Positions 52,156 to 61,632 of a DNA stretch of 64,000 bases are shown here, one piece after another. The stretch comes from Burkholderiales bacterium (lineage in GTDB: Bacteria; Pseudomonadota; Gammaproteobacteria; Burkholderiales; Burkholderiaceae_F): contig JBBIST010000006.1 of assembly GCA_037441125.1 (NCBI GenBank), forward strand, positions 692-64,691, read 5' to 3'. Every line of letters starts with the position of its first letter. Within the stretch, counting starts at the first letter, position 1. The position numbers were made by a program, and so were the translations under genes. The notes under the pieces are model-generated. The model saw only the letters and a program-made list of their open reading frames with translations. It did not search any database and was not told the DNA's origin.

Positions 52156-53235
52156 ATGAACGCTGCGTTGCGCTGGGACCTGTTCTGCCAGGTCGTCGAC
52201 AACTACGGCGACCTCGGCGTGTGCTGGCGGCTGGCGGCCGATCTGGCGGCGCGCGGCGACAGCGTGCGCCTGTGGGTCGACGATGCGCGCGCGCTCGCCT
52301 GGATGGCGCCGCGCGGCGCCGCCGGCGTCTGCGTCGATCGCTGGCCGGCGGCCGACGACGCCGGCATCGCGCCGGCCGATGCGGTGATCGAAGCCTTCGG
52401 TTGCAGCCTGCCGCCCGGCTTCGTGCAGGCGATGGCGGCGCGCCGGCCGCCGCCGGCGTGGATCAATCTTGAGTACCTGAGCGCCGAGGACTACGTCGAG
52501 CGCAACCACCTGCTGCCGTCGCCGCAATTGGCCGGGGCCGGGCGCGGCCTGGTCAAGCACTTCTACTATCCGGGCTTCAGCGAGCGCACCGGCGGCCTGA
52601 TGCGCGAGACCGACCTGGCGGCGCGCCAGCGCGCCTTCGATGCCGCCGCCTGGCGGCGCGCGCAGGGCATCGCTCCGGCGGCCGGCGAGCGCAGCGTGAG
52701 CCTGTTTTGCTATGCCAACGCGGCGCTGCCGGCGCTGGTCGATGCGCTTGCGGCCGAGCCGACCCTGCTGCTGGTCACACTCGGGCCGGCGGCGCAGCAG
52801 GTGCAGGCCTTGCTCGGCCGCGAGGCGCGGCGCGGTGCGCTGCGCGCGCAGTTCCTGCCGGCGCTGGCGCAGACCGACTACGACCACCTGCTGTGGTCGT
52901 GCGACCTGAACCTGGTGCGCGGCGAAGACTCCTTCGTTCGCGCCCAGTGGGCGGGCCGGCCCTTCCTGTGGCAACTCTATCCGCAGTCCGACGGCGCGCA
53001 TGCGCGCAAGCTCGAAGCCTTCAACGATCGCTTCCTGCACGGCGCGCCGGCGGCGCTGGCGGTGCGACTGCGCGCGGCGTCGCGCACCTGGAACGGGATC
53101 GGTGCGGCCGCGCAGCGCATCGAGCTGCCGCAGCTAGCCGCCTGGGGCGAGCACTGCCGTGCCTGGCGCGAGCGGCTGCGGCGCCTGCCCGACCTGACCG
53201 CCGGCCTGCGCGCCCTGGCGCGCTCAGGCCGGTAA
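52156..53235 (+). CDS. earP: EF-P arginine-32 rhamnosyltransferase EarP
   Basis: WDLFCQVVDNYGDLGVCWRLAADLA N-terminus is typical of EarP (DUF2331), and the gene sits immediately upstream of an Arg32-type efp. Confidence 0.85.
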   Translation: MNAALRWDLFCQVVDNYGDLGVCWRLAADLAARGDSVRLWVDDARALAWMAPRGAAGVCVDRWPAADDAGIAPADAVIEAFGCSLPPGFVQAMAARRPPPAWINLEYLSAEDYVERNHLLPSPQLAGAGRGLVKHFYYPGFSERTGGLMRETDLAARQRAFDAAAWRRAQGIAPAAGERSVSLFCYANAALPALVDALAAEPTLLLVTLGPAAQQVQALLGREARRGALRAQFLPALAQTDYDHLLWSCDLNLVRGEDSFVRAQWAGRPFLWQLYPQSDGAHARKLEAFNDRFLHGAPAALAVRLRAASRTWNGIGAAAQRIELPQLAAWGEHCRAWRERLRRLPDLTAGLRALARSGR

Positions 53236-53376
53236 AATCGCCGGTCGAGCGCGGCGAGACGAGCCACCGGCCGCCGCACGCCGGGCGCGCCCGGTCGTAC
53301 CGATTCTTCGCCCCATGCGCGAGCGCTGCGCCGTCGCGCCGCGGGCGCCGCCCGATCACCCCGCAGGAATCACGCC

Positions 53377-53931
53377 ATGAAACTCGCTCAGGAAATCCGT
53401 CCCGGCAACGTCATCATGCACGGCAAGGATCCGATGATCGTGCTCAAGTCCGAGTACAACCGCGGCGGCCGCAACGCCGCCACGGTGCGCATGAAGCTCA
53501 AGTCGCTGCTCAGCGAATCGGGCACCGAAGTCGTGTTCAAGGCCGACGACAAGATGGAGCAGATCATCCTCGACAAGAAGGACTGCACCTACTCGTACTT
53601 CGCCGACCCGATGTACGTGTTCATGGACGCCGACTTCAACTCGCACGAGGTCGAGGCGGAGAACATGGGTGATGCGCTCAGCTACCTCGAGGACAACATG
53701 CCGGTGTCGGTGGTTTTCTACGAGGGCCGCGCGATCTCGGTCGAGCTGCCGACCACGGTCGTGCGCGAGATCACGCACACCGAGCCGGCGGTCAAGGGCG
53801 ACACCTCGGGCAAGGTGCTCAAGGGCGCAAGGATCGCCACCGGCTTCGAGATCCAGGTGCCGCTGTTCGTCAACATCGGCGACAAGATCGAGATCGACAC
53901 CCGCGAGCACGTCTACCGCAGGCGGGTCTGA
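53377..53931 (+). CDS. efp: Translation elongation factor P (Arg32 type)
   Basis: [42 protein letters not shown], with Arg at position 32 by my count. Confidence 0.95.
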   Translation: MKLAQEIRPGNVIMHGKDPMIVLKSEYNRGGRNAATVRMKLKSLLSESGTEVVFKADDKMEQIILDKKDCTYSYFADPMYVFMDADFNSHEVEAENMGDALSYLEDNMPVSVVFYEGRAISVELPTTVVREITHTEPAVKGDTSGKVLKGARIATGFEIQVPLFVNIGDKIEIDTREHVYRRRV

Positions 53932-53949
53932 GGTGTCTGTCGCGCGGCG

Positions 53950-54609
53950 CTACGACAGTCCGATCGCGGCCAGATAGTCGCGCGCCGCCGACTCGCCGCG
54001 GAAGGTGCGGATGCGCCGGCACGCGTGCCGGATCTGTTCGCGCAGCGCTTCCTGTGTCCGGCATTCGTTGATGCGCGCCGCCGGCTCTTCGCCGTAGGGG
54101 CCGAGCCGGTCGTACAGCGCGCGCACCGCCGCTCGCTTGGCTTCCTCGAGCGCGGCATCGGCCTCCTCGCGCGCCGGCGGCGGCGCGCTGCGCGTCGGAC
54201 GGATGACGATTGTCGCCGCCGGCGACGGCGGCGGCGGCGCGGCGGTGGCGCGGCGATCGGCCTCGGCGATCGCCCGCCGCAGCGTCGGCGGCTCCTGCGC
54301 CCGGTCGGCGGGTGGCCCCAAGTCGAGCGCCAGGCCGCCCGGCGCGAGCGGCACCGTCGGCGGGTCGTCGTCGAGCCCACGGCCGGGCCGGTCGGTCAGC
54401 GCGCACTCCTCGATCAGGCCCTGGGCGCGCAGGGTGACGAGTGCGCTCTCGAGTTCGCCCTCGCGCACCACCAGGCGCAGTTCGTCCTCGCTGCGCCGGC
54501 CGTCTATCACGATCAGCACGCGACGGGCGGCCGCACTCAGTCCGGCGCGGCGCACGCGAACCTCCTCGACGCCGCGCGCGGTCTTGTTGTAGATCAGTGA
54601 GTAGGTCAT
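53950..54609 (-). CDS. Hypothetical protein (Pro/Ala-rich linker)
   Basis: Start at MTYSLIYNKTARGVEEVRV (ATG 54609). Structured N- and C-terminal parts are joined by a low-complexity linker. No family assigned. Confidence 0.45.
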   Translation of the reverse strand: MTYSLIYNKTARGVEEVRVRRAGLSAAARRVLIVIDGRRSEDELRLVVREGELESALVTLRAQGLIEECALTDRPGRGLDDDPPTVPLAPGGLALDLGPPADRAQEPPTLRRAIAEADRRATAAPPPPSPAATIVIRPTRSAPPPAREEADAALEEAKRAAVRALYDRLGPYGEEPAARINECRTQEALREQIRHACRRIRTFRGESAARDYLAAIGLS

Positions 54610-55012
54610 CGGCGGTGGGCGATTGCGGCCAGCGGCTGGCGAGAACGGTGGCACATCGGACTCGACGCCCCGCACGGTGGCGGGGCGATCGACTCGCGGC
54701 CCGTGCCTGCCGACGCTCGGCCCCGCAAACCGCAGCATCGCCCAGCGCGACCGATCGGATGGGCGGCTGACGCGCCGCCGCGACCGGTCTTTTCACCGCT
54801 TACGCCGTCATGCGGGGACTCAAGAGGCCGCCCCGGGGTGCCGATAGCGCTGGGTTGTCCCCGCCGCCTCGCCATGGGCTGCCGCTGATTTGCTGGCGCG
54901 GGGCGGCGGTTTTCGGGCGTTCTCGATCGGGTCGGTGCCCTAGCCTGTGTCCTCGTGCCGCTGTGGTCGCGGCGCGGCTGCGCGTCGGGCTGCCATGCCC
55001 GGGAGGGGTGCG

Positions 55013-55564
55013 ATGGACGGATCGAGACATGCGCCGGGCGAACCGGGCGGCAACGCGACCCGGATCGCCCTGACCGTCGACCGCGAAGCGGTCGGACTGA
55101 TGCGGCACGCGTCGCAGACCGGTCACTTGATCGAGTGGTGGCTGCAAGGGGCGGCGACCATGTCGCCGCTGGAGGCGCTGCGCATGGGCCGCAAGCTGGA
55201 GCGCTTTCGCCTGGCGGCCCGGCTCGCCGAAGGCAAGGCATCGCGCCAGGTGCAGTCCACACTCGATGCGCTGCGCGAGGAACTGTTGCAGCACCAGCCG
55301 CCGCGCGAGATCCTGGCTGAACTCGACTGCGCCGCCCGCGAAAGCTCGCGCCTGGCGACGATCAGCCGGCCACCGCCGACCCTGTATCGCGAGGCGTTCC
55401 AGACCGAGCCGCAGCCCGCGCCGGCGCAGGCGCAGACGCGAGCGCGGCCGGCGCGCAAGCTCACCTGGTTCTTGCTGCTGCTGCTCGCCTCGGTCGCCGG
55501 CGCCGCCGCCTACCTTGGACCGCAAGGCTTCGGCGACCTGATCGCCCGCCTGCCGTCGCTCTGA
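55013..55564 (+). CDS. Hypothetical protein with C-terminal TM anchor
   Basis: ATG 55013 follows GGGAGGGG. GC3 is high in this frame. C-terminal KLTWFLLLLLASVAGAAAYL. It competes with an antisense ORF (54800-55525), which I consider a shadow. Confidence 0.4.
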   Translation: MDGSRHAPGEPGGNATRIALTVDREAVGLMRHASQTGHLIEWWLQGAATMSPLEALRMGRKLERFRLAARLAEGKASRQVQSTLDALREELLQHQPPREILAELDCAARESSRLATISRPPPTLYREAFQTEPQPAPAQAQTRARPARKLTWFLLLLLASVAGAAAYLGPQGFGDLIARLPSL

Positions 55565-55720
55565 CCCGCCCGGCGCCGCGCGCGCCCGAGCGGCCGGTCC
55601 GCGGCCGCCGCGCGCTCGCGATCGTCATCGCGCGAACATCCCAGTAGCCCAGGATGCTGCGGTGCAGTATCTTTGGCGCGGGGCGGTTCGCCCGCGAAGC
55701 CGCCGAAGGGATCCGCGACA

Positions 55721-57121
55721 ATGGCTCGCATGGCCGCCGTCTCCAACGTTCCGTTCGACGAGATCGTTCTCGGTCAGCCGCTTGAGGTCAGCCGCACGTT
55801 GTCGGCGGCCGACATCGAGGGCCTGGCCTTCGCCTCCGGCGATCTGGACGCGTTCCAGGGCGAGGGCGATGGCCTGGCTGCGATCTGCGGCCCGACCGAG
55901 GCGGCCGGCGCCGAGACCTTCATCGCCCACCTGATCAACCGCCGCCTGCCCGGGCCCGGGTCGACCATCCTCGAGCAGCGCTTCACCTTCGGCTGCCCGT
56001 TGAAGGTCGGCGACCGGGTCACGGCGAAGATCGTCGCCGTGGCCAAGTCGGACGCCGACCGGGTGCGCTTCGAGTGCCGGGTCACCAACCAGGACGACGA
56101 GCTGATCCTGTCGGGCGAGGCGCTGGTGCGCGCGCCGACGCGCCGCATCACCCACGGCGACCTGTCGACCACCGAGCTGATCTTCCGCCGCACCGACGAC
56201 TTTGCGCGTCTGCTCAAGCGCTGCGAGGGCCTCGCCGCCGTGCGCACCGCGGTCGTGCACCCCTGCGACCGCGATTCGCTCGCCGGTGCGATCGCCGCCG
56301 CGCGCAAGGGCCTGATCGAGCCGGTGCTCGTTGGCCCCGAGGCGCGCATCCGCAAGGTGGCGGCAGCCGAGGGCATCGATCTGGCGGGCATCGCGATCGT
56401 CGGCGTCGAGCACAGCGTCGCCGCCGCCGAGCGCGCGGTGAAAATGGCGCGCGACGGCGAGGTCGAGGCGCTGATGAAGGGCAGCCTGCACACCGACGAG
56501 CTGATGAGCGCGGTGGTGGCGCGCGACGGCGGCCTGCGCACCGGCCGGCGCGTGAGCCACGTGTTCGTGATGGACGTGCCCGCCTATCCGCGCCCGTTGC
56601 TGGTGACCGACGCGGCGATCAACATCGAGCCCGACCTGCGCACCAAGGCCGACATCGTGCAAAACGCGATCGACCTGGCGCACGTGCTCGGCATCGCCCA
56701 GCCCAAGGTGGCGGTGCTGGCGGCGGTGGAGACGGTCAATCCGGAGATGCAGGCGACGGTCGACGCGGCGATGCTGTGCAAGATGGCCGACCGCGGCCAG
56801 ATCACCGGCGGCCTGATCGACGGGCCGCTCGCCTTTGACAACGCCGTGAGCGAGCAGGCGGCGCGCGCCAAGAAGATCGTCTCGCCGGTGGCCGGCCGCG
56901 CCGACATCCTGCTGGTGCCGGACCTGGAAGCCGGCAACATGGTCGCCAAGCAGCTCCAGTACCTGGCCGGCGCCGACAGCGCCGGCATCGTCCTCGGCGC
57001 GCGCGTGCCGATCGTGCTCACCAGCCGTGCCGACAGCGTGCGCATGCGGCTCGCCTCGGCGGCGGTGATGAAGCTGGTGGCGGCGGCGCGGCGCGCCGCC
57101 GGCGCGCGCCCGGCGCCGTAG
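55721..57121 (+). CDS. Bifunctional MaoC-like (hot-dog) dehydratase / phosphate acetyl(butyryl)transferase
   Basis: N-terminal roughly 150-aa hot-dog-like region (FECRVTNQDDELILSGEALV), then a Pta/Ptb domain (VVHPCDRDSL..., LMKGSLHTDELM, LLVPDLEAGNMVAKQL). ATG 55721 chosen. Confidence 0.85.
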   Translation: MARMAAVSNVPFDEIVLGQPLEVSRTLSAADIEGLAFASGDLDAFQGEGDGLAAICGPTEAAGAETFIAHLINRRLPGPGSTILEQRFTFGCPLKVGDRVTAKIVAVAKSDADRVRFECRVTNQDDELILSGEALVRAPTRRITHGDLSTTELIFRRTDDFARLLKRCEGLAAVRTAVVHPCDRDSLAGAIAAARKGLIEPVLVGPEARIRKVAAAEGIDLAGIAIVGVEHSVAAAERAVKMARDGEVEALMKGSLHTDELMSAVVARDGGLRTGRRVSHVFVMDVPAYPRPLLVTDAAINIEPDLRTKADIVQNAIDLAHVLGIAQPKVAVLAAVETVNPEMQATVDAAMLCKMADRGQITGGLIDGPLAFDNAVSEQAARAKKIVSPVAGRADILLVPDLEAGNMVAKQLQYLAGADSAGIVLGARVPIVLTSRADSVRMRLASAAVMKLVAAARRAAGARPAP

Positions 57122-57134
57122 CGCGCGCGGCGGC

Positions 57135-58319
57135 ATGACGCCGGCGATCGCGGTCCTGAACGCGGGCTCGTCGAGCCTGAAGTTTTCGCTCTACGCCGCC
57201 GACGGCGAGGCGCTGGCCGTAAGCGCCCGCGGCCGCATCGAGGGCCTGTTCGTGGCGCCGACCTTTGTCGCGCGCGGCGCCGACGGCGCCGTGCTCGGCG
57301 AGAAGCGCTGGGAGCACGGCGCGCCGCTCGGCCACGCCGGCGCGCTCGAGCACCTGCTCGCCTTCCTCGACGATCTGGCCGGCGGCGCGCCGCTGGCCGG
57401 CGTCGGCCACCGCGTCGTGCACGGCGGCGCGCGTTACGCGGCGCCGCTGCGCATCGACGAGGCGCACCTGGCCGAGCTCGAAGCGCTGGTGCCGCTGGCG
57501 CCGCTGCACCAGCCGCACAACCTGGCGCCGATCCGCCGCTTGCTGGCGCGCGCGCCGGAGCTGCCGCAGGTGGCCTGTTTCGACACTGCGTTTCACCGCG
57601 GCAACGACGAGCTGGCGCAGATGTTCGGCCTGCCCTACACGCTGCACCAGGCCGGCGTGCGCCGCTACGGCTTCCACGGCCTGTCCTACGAGTTCATCGC
57701 CCGGCGGCTGCCGGAGCTCGCGCCGCGCGCCGCGCGCGGGCGCACGATCGTCCTGCACCTGGGCAATGGCGCCAGCATGTGCGCGCTTGCCGGCGGCCGC
57801 AGCGTGGCCACGACGATGGGCTTCACCGCCGTCGACGGCCTGATGATGGGCACGCGCAGCGGCAGCCTCGACCCGGGCGTGGTGCTGTACCTGATCGACC
57901 GGTGCGGCATGGACGCGCGCGCGGTCGAGCGGCTGCTGTACCACGAGTCAGGCCTGCTCGGTGTCTCCGGTGTTTCCAGCGACATGCGCGCGCTGCTGGC
58001 GAGCGCAGCACCGCGCGCGCGCCTGGCGATCGATCTGTACTGCTACCGGATCCGGCGCGAGCTCGGTTCGCTTGCGGCCGCGCTCGGCGGTGTCGATGCG
58101 CTGGTGTTCACGGGAGGCATCGGCGAGAACGCGGCGCCGATCCGTGCGCGCGTGCTCGACGACGCGCGCTGGCTCGGGGTCGAGTGCGACGCCGGCGCCA
58201 ACGACGCCGGCGGCCCGCTTCTCACCACCGACGCCTCGGCGGTCGAGGCCTGGGCGCTCGCCACCGACGAGGAGCTGATGATTGCGCACCACACCTGGGG
58301 CGCGATCCGCCGCGGCTGA
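57135..58319 (+). CDS. ackA: Acetate/propionate kinase
   Basis: ILVLNAGSSSLKFSLY-type N-terminus (AVLNAGSSSLKFSLY), HRVVHGG, GFHGLSYEF, and FTGGIGENA. Confidence 0.9.
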   Translation: MTPAIAVLNAGSSSLKFSLYAADGEALAVSARGRIEGLFVAPTFVARGADGAVLGEKRWEHGAPLGHAGALEHLLAFLDDLAGGAPLAGVGHRVVHGGARYAAPLRIDEAHLAELEALVPLAPLHQPHNLAPIRRLLARAPELPQVACFDTAFHRGNDELAQMFGLPYTLHQAGVRRYGFHGLSYEFIARRLPELAPRAARGRTIVLHLGNGASMCALAGGRSVATTMGFTAVDGLMMGTRSGSLDPGVVLYLIDRCGMDARAVERLLYHESGLLGVSGVSSDMRALLASAAPRARLAIDLYCYRIRRELGSLAAALGGVDALVFTGGIGENAAPIRARVLDDARWLGVECDAGANDAGGPLLTTDASAVEAWALATDEELMIAHHTWGAIRRG

Positions 58320-58339
58320 CCGGCGGCGGCGCGCGCGCC

Positions 58340-58981
58340 TCAGCGCCGCGGCGCCGGCCCGATCAGGGTCGCCGCTTCCATCGCGCCGGCGATCACAGCG
58401 GCGAAGGCCCGCGTCTCGGCCGGAATGTCGGCCGGCGCCGCGGTGCGCGTGCGCGCGGTCCACTCGATGCGGTCGGCGGCAACATCGGTGAGCGAGGTCT
58501 GGACGATGTAGGCGAGATAGGCGCGCACCTCGTGGCGCGGCGGAAACGCCATGCCCCAGTGCCAGCCGTACCAGCCGCGAAAGCCGTGCAGTCCGCCATA
58601 CATGAACGGGTCCGGCCGCACCACGACCTCGCGGTCCTTGTCGATCACCGCGGTCGACAGCAGGTGCGTGGCACGCGCCTTCACCGCCGCCTGCTGCAGC
58701 AGCCGGTCGCTGTCCTGGTCGAGCGTCGCCACCGCCTCGTAGCTGCGCAGCGCCTGGACCCCGCGCGCGGCGAGTTGATCGACCATCGCGTCCTCGAACA
58801 GGCGACGCACGGTCTCGTCGCGCGCCACGCCCACCACCATGACCGGGCCGACCAGGCGCGTGCCCGCGAACTCGGCCCGCACCCAGGTGCCTTCAAGGCG
58901 CGTCGCGGCGCAGCCGGAAAGCACGATCGTTGCCAGCGCCAGCAGCGCCGCGCCCATTGCCACGCGTATCGCAGACATCAT
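58340..58981 (-). CDS. Putative lipoprotein
   Basis: Signal peptide with lipobox: ALLALATIVLSGC|AATR. Confidence 0.65.
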   Translation of the reverse strand: MMSAIRVAMGAALLALATIVLSGCAATRLEGTWVRAEFAGTRLVGPVMVVGVARDETVRRLFEDAMVDQLAARGVQALRSYEAVATLDQDSDRLLQQAAVKARATHLLSTAVIDKDREVVVRPDPFMYGGLHGFRGWYGWHWGMAFPPRHEVRAYLAYIVQTSLTDVAADRIEWTARTRTAAPADIPAETRAFAAVIAGAMEAATLIGPAPRR

Positions 58982-59171
58982 TGATCTCCGTCAGTTCGTG
59001 CACTCGAGCGCCGGCCCGGGGGCGGCATCGGCTGCGCGCCGGGACGGCACGCGCTCCTCGCTGCTGCTGCCGGCGCATCTTCGACCGCGCGGCGTCGCCA
59101 TCGATCCGGCGCCGCTAGCGGGTTCGCGCCTGCGCGTGTCTACGTGGCCGGCGCGGCGCGCGCCGTCCGGG

Positions 59172-59801
59172 TCAGTACCGATACGACAGGCCGATTTGCG
59201 CCGCGCCCTGGACGAGGCCGTCGCCGTGAACGACGACCAGGCAGCCGTTGGCGCAGAACAGACCGCCACGGCTGTCGACGAGCGTGAAATAGCCGCGCAG
59301 CTCGGCGCGCAGCGCCAGGCGCGCGCCAAGTGCGAACTGCTGGCCGATGCCGAGGTTCAGCGACGGCCGCAGCGCATCGCCGGTGCCCGCCAGTCCGGGG
59401 CGGTACAGCGTCGCGCCGAGGCCGCCGACGACGTAGGGTCCGGCGCCGATCGGCCCGTCGAAGAAGTAGGTGCCGCCGAGGTGGAGGTGCGTGACGGTGA
59501 GCGGCAGCGGCCGCTGCGGCGCGGCCGTCGCCAGCGCCGCCGCGGTGAGCGCCAGCTCGGTGCGCTGGTGCGACAGGTAAAGCTGCAATTGCCGCTGGCC
59601 GTCGAGTCCGCGGTCGATGCTGATCGCCCAGGACGGCGCGCCCGCCAACCGCAGGCGCTCGCCGACGGCATCGCTGAAGCGACCACCGTCGCGCCAGCCG
59701 CCGTAGACCGTGACCGCGCCGTCGAGCGCGCTCGCCGCCGCCGGCACGGCGGCCAGCGCGCAGACAAGTGCGGCGAGCGCGCCGCGTGCCGGTGCCGTCA
59801 T
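59172..59801 (-). CDS. Small outer-membrane beta-barrel protein
   Basis: Signal peptide MTAPARGALAALVCALAAVPAAASA, alternating Gly/aromatic strands, C-terminal GLSYRY. ATG 59801 overlaps the upstream stop (ATGA). Confidence 0.6.
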   Translation of the reverse strand: MTAPARGALAALVCALAAVPAAASALDGAVTVYGGWRDGGRFSDAVGERLRLAGAPSWAISIDRGLDGQRQLQLYLSHQRTELALTAAALATAAPQRPLPLTVTHLHLGGTYFFDGPIGAGPYVVGGLGATLYRPGLAGTGDALRPSLNLGIGQQFALGARLALRAELRGYFTLVDSRGGLFCANGCLVVVHGDGLVQGAAQIGLSYRY

Positions 59802-60415
59802 CGGCCGGCGCCCGCTTGCAGTGCGTCCAAGCAGCCGGCCAGGCGCTGGCGCGCGGCGCCGTCCATCGCCAGTCGGCCGCGATAGACCGGATGCACGGCC
59901 TGGCCGGTGCGCACGACGCTCGCCTCGATCGGCTCGCCGGCAAGCGCGGCGTTGACCACCGCCAGCAAGGCGCGCGCGTCTGCTAGATAGCGAAGCGCGC
60001 TCGGGTCGTCGCCGTCGGCGGGCGCGGGCAGCGGCAGCGGCTCGGTGCGCACGCCGCCGGCGCGCAGCCAGCCTTCGGTCACCGCCAGCGGCCGCATCGG
60101 CTGGCGGCCGGCAAGCGCAGCCACAGTCGCCTCCATCGATCCCGCTTTGACTAGGCCGATGTCGCGCGCGACCGTCTCGGCGCCGAACAGGATCGAGATG
60201 TCGACCGTGCGCAGCCGCTCGCTCGGCGCCGGCAGCTCCTCGATGCCGAACACGCGCAGGCCGCAGGCGCTGACGCGGCCGCCGGCGTCGACGAACACCG
60301 ACGGCGTGCCGTCGAGCCGGATCTCGAGGACCGGGCCGGCCGCCGCCGGCGCGCTCGCCGCAGCCGCAGGCAGCAGCGCCGCGAGCAACACGAGCTTGGG
60401 CAAGGCAGCGGGCAT
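59798..60415 (-). CDS. Secreted hypothetical protein
   Basis: Signal peptide MPAALPKLVLLAALLPAAAASAPAAA. Translationally coupled to the beta-barrel gene. No family assigned. Confidence 0.5.
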   Translation of the reverse strand: MPAALPKLVLLAALLPAAAASAPAAAGPVLEIRLDGTPSVFVDAGGRVSACGLRVFGIEELPAPSERLRTVDISILFGAETVARDIGLVKAGSMEATVAALAGRQPMRPLAVTEGWLRAGGVRTEPLPLPAPADGDDPSALRYLADARALLAVVNAALAGEPIEASVVRTGQAVHPVYRGRLAMDGAARQRLAGCLDALQAGAGR

Positions 60416-60644
60416 CGGACGGGCTCCTTTCGATCGGCGCCGCAACCGGCGCCGGGTCCTGCCGCCGTCGCTGCAACGGGGCAGCGCCGTGTGCGAAGGG
60501 CGAGCGCCTCGCCGGTGCGGTCGAGGCCGGCGCCAGGCACGCAGCGTAACTTGCGCCGCTAGGCGTGCGTGCGCCCAGCCGATACCATGCGCGCGGCGCG
60601 CCGACGGCCGAACCGAACCGGCGAACGGCCCGGGCCCGGAGGCG

Positions 60645-61628
60645 ATGAAAGACCGCAAACACTCAGCCGGCGCGCACGTCCGACCCGAGCGCTCGGGAGC
60701 GGGCGGCGGCGCGCCGGCGCTGCCGATCGCGCTGATCGGTGCGCCCACCGACGTCGGCGCCGGTACGCGCGGCGCCAGCATGGGGCCGGAGGCGCTGCGC
60801 GTGGCCGGGCTGAGCCAGGCGCTCGAAGCGCACGGCTTCAGCGTGTACGACGCCGGCAACCTCGCCGGTCCGCCGAATCCCTGGCAGCCGGCGGCAGGCG
60901 GCTACCGCCATCTGGACGAAGTCACGGCCTGGAGCCGCGCCGTGCACGAGGCGGTGCACGCGCAACTGGCGGCGGGCCGGTTGCCGATCCTGCTCGGCGG
61001 CGATCACTCGCTGGCGATCGGCTCGATCAGCGCCGTGGCGCGCCATTGCCGCGAGCGCGGACGGCGGCTGCGCGTGCTGTGGCTCGATGCGCACGCCGAT
61101 TTCAACACCAGCGAACTGACGCCCAGCGGCAACCTGCACGGCATGCCGATGGCCTGTCTGTGCGGCTTCGGCCCGCCGCCGCTGGTCGAGATTGGCGGCA
61201 GCGTGCCTGCGATCGATGCGCGCTGCGTGCGCCAGATCGGCGTGCGCAGCGTCGACCCGGGCGAGAAGCGCTTCGTGCACGAGCAGCGAATCGAGGTGTT
61301 CGACATGCGCTACGTCGACGAACTCGGCATGCGCCACGCGATGGAAGTGGCGCTGGCGACGATCGACGCCGACACCCACCTGCACGTGAGCTTCGACGTC
61401 GACTTCCTCGACCCGGAGATCGCCCCCGGTGTCGCCACCACGGTGCCGGGCGGGCCGACCTACCGCGAGGCGCAGCTATGCATGGAGATGATCGCCGACA
61501 GCGGCCGTCTCGGCTCGCTCGACGTGGTCGAGCTCAATCCTGCGCTCGACGTGCGCAACCGCACCGCGGTGCTGGCGGTCGACCTGATCGAGTCGCTGTT
61601 CGGCAAGAGCACGTTGATGCGCGCGTAG
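60645..61628 (+). CDS. rocF: Arginase (ureohydrolase family)
   Basis: GAPTDVGAGTRGASMGPEALR, GGDHSLAIGS, WLDAHADFNT, SFDVDFLDP, and VELNPALD. ATG 60645 follows GGAGG. Confidence 0.85.
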   Translation: MKDRKHSAGAHVRPERSGAGGGAPALPIALIGAPTDVGAGTRGASMGPEALRVAGLSQALEAHGFSVYDAGNLAGPPNPWQPAAGGYRHLDEVTAWSRAVHEAVHAQLAAGRLPILLGGDHSLAIGSISAVARHCRERGRRLRVLWLDAHADFNTSELTPSGNLHGMPMACLCGFGPPPLVEIGGSVPAIDARCVRQIGVRSVDPGEKRFVHEQRIEVFDMRYVDELGMRHAMEVALATIDADTHLHVSFDVDFLDPEIAPGVATTVPGGPTYREAQLCMEMIADSGRLGSLDVVELNPALDVRNRTAVLAVDLIESLFGKSTLMRA

Positions 61629-61632
61629 TCCA

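Noticed and set aside
54800-55525. 241-aa minus-strand ORF overlapping the 55013-55564 plus-strand ORF.
   Set aside because: The plus frame has a Shine-Dalgarno sequence, higher GC3 and a plausible C-terminal TM anchor. The minus-frame product is Arg/Gly-rich. Even so, confidence in the plus-strand call is only moderate.
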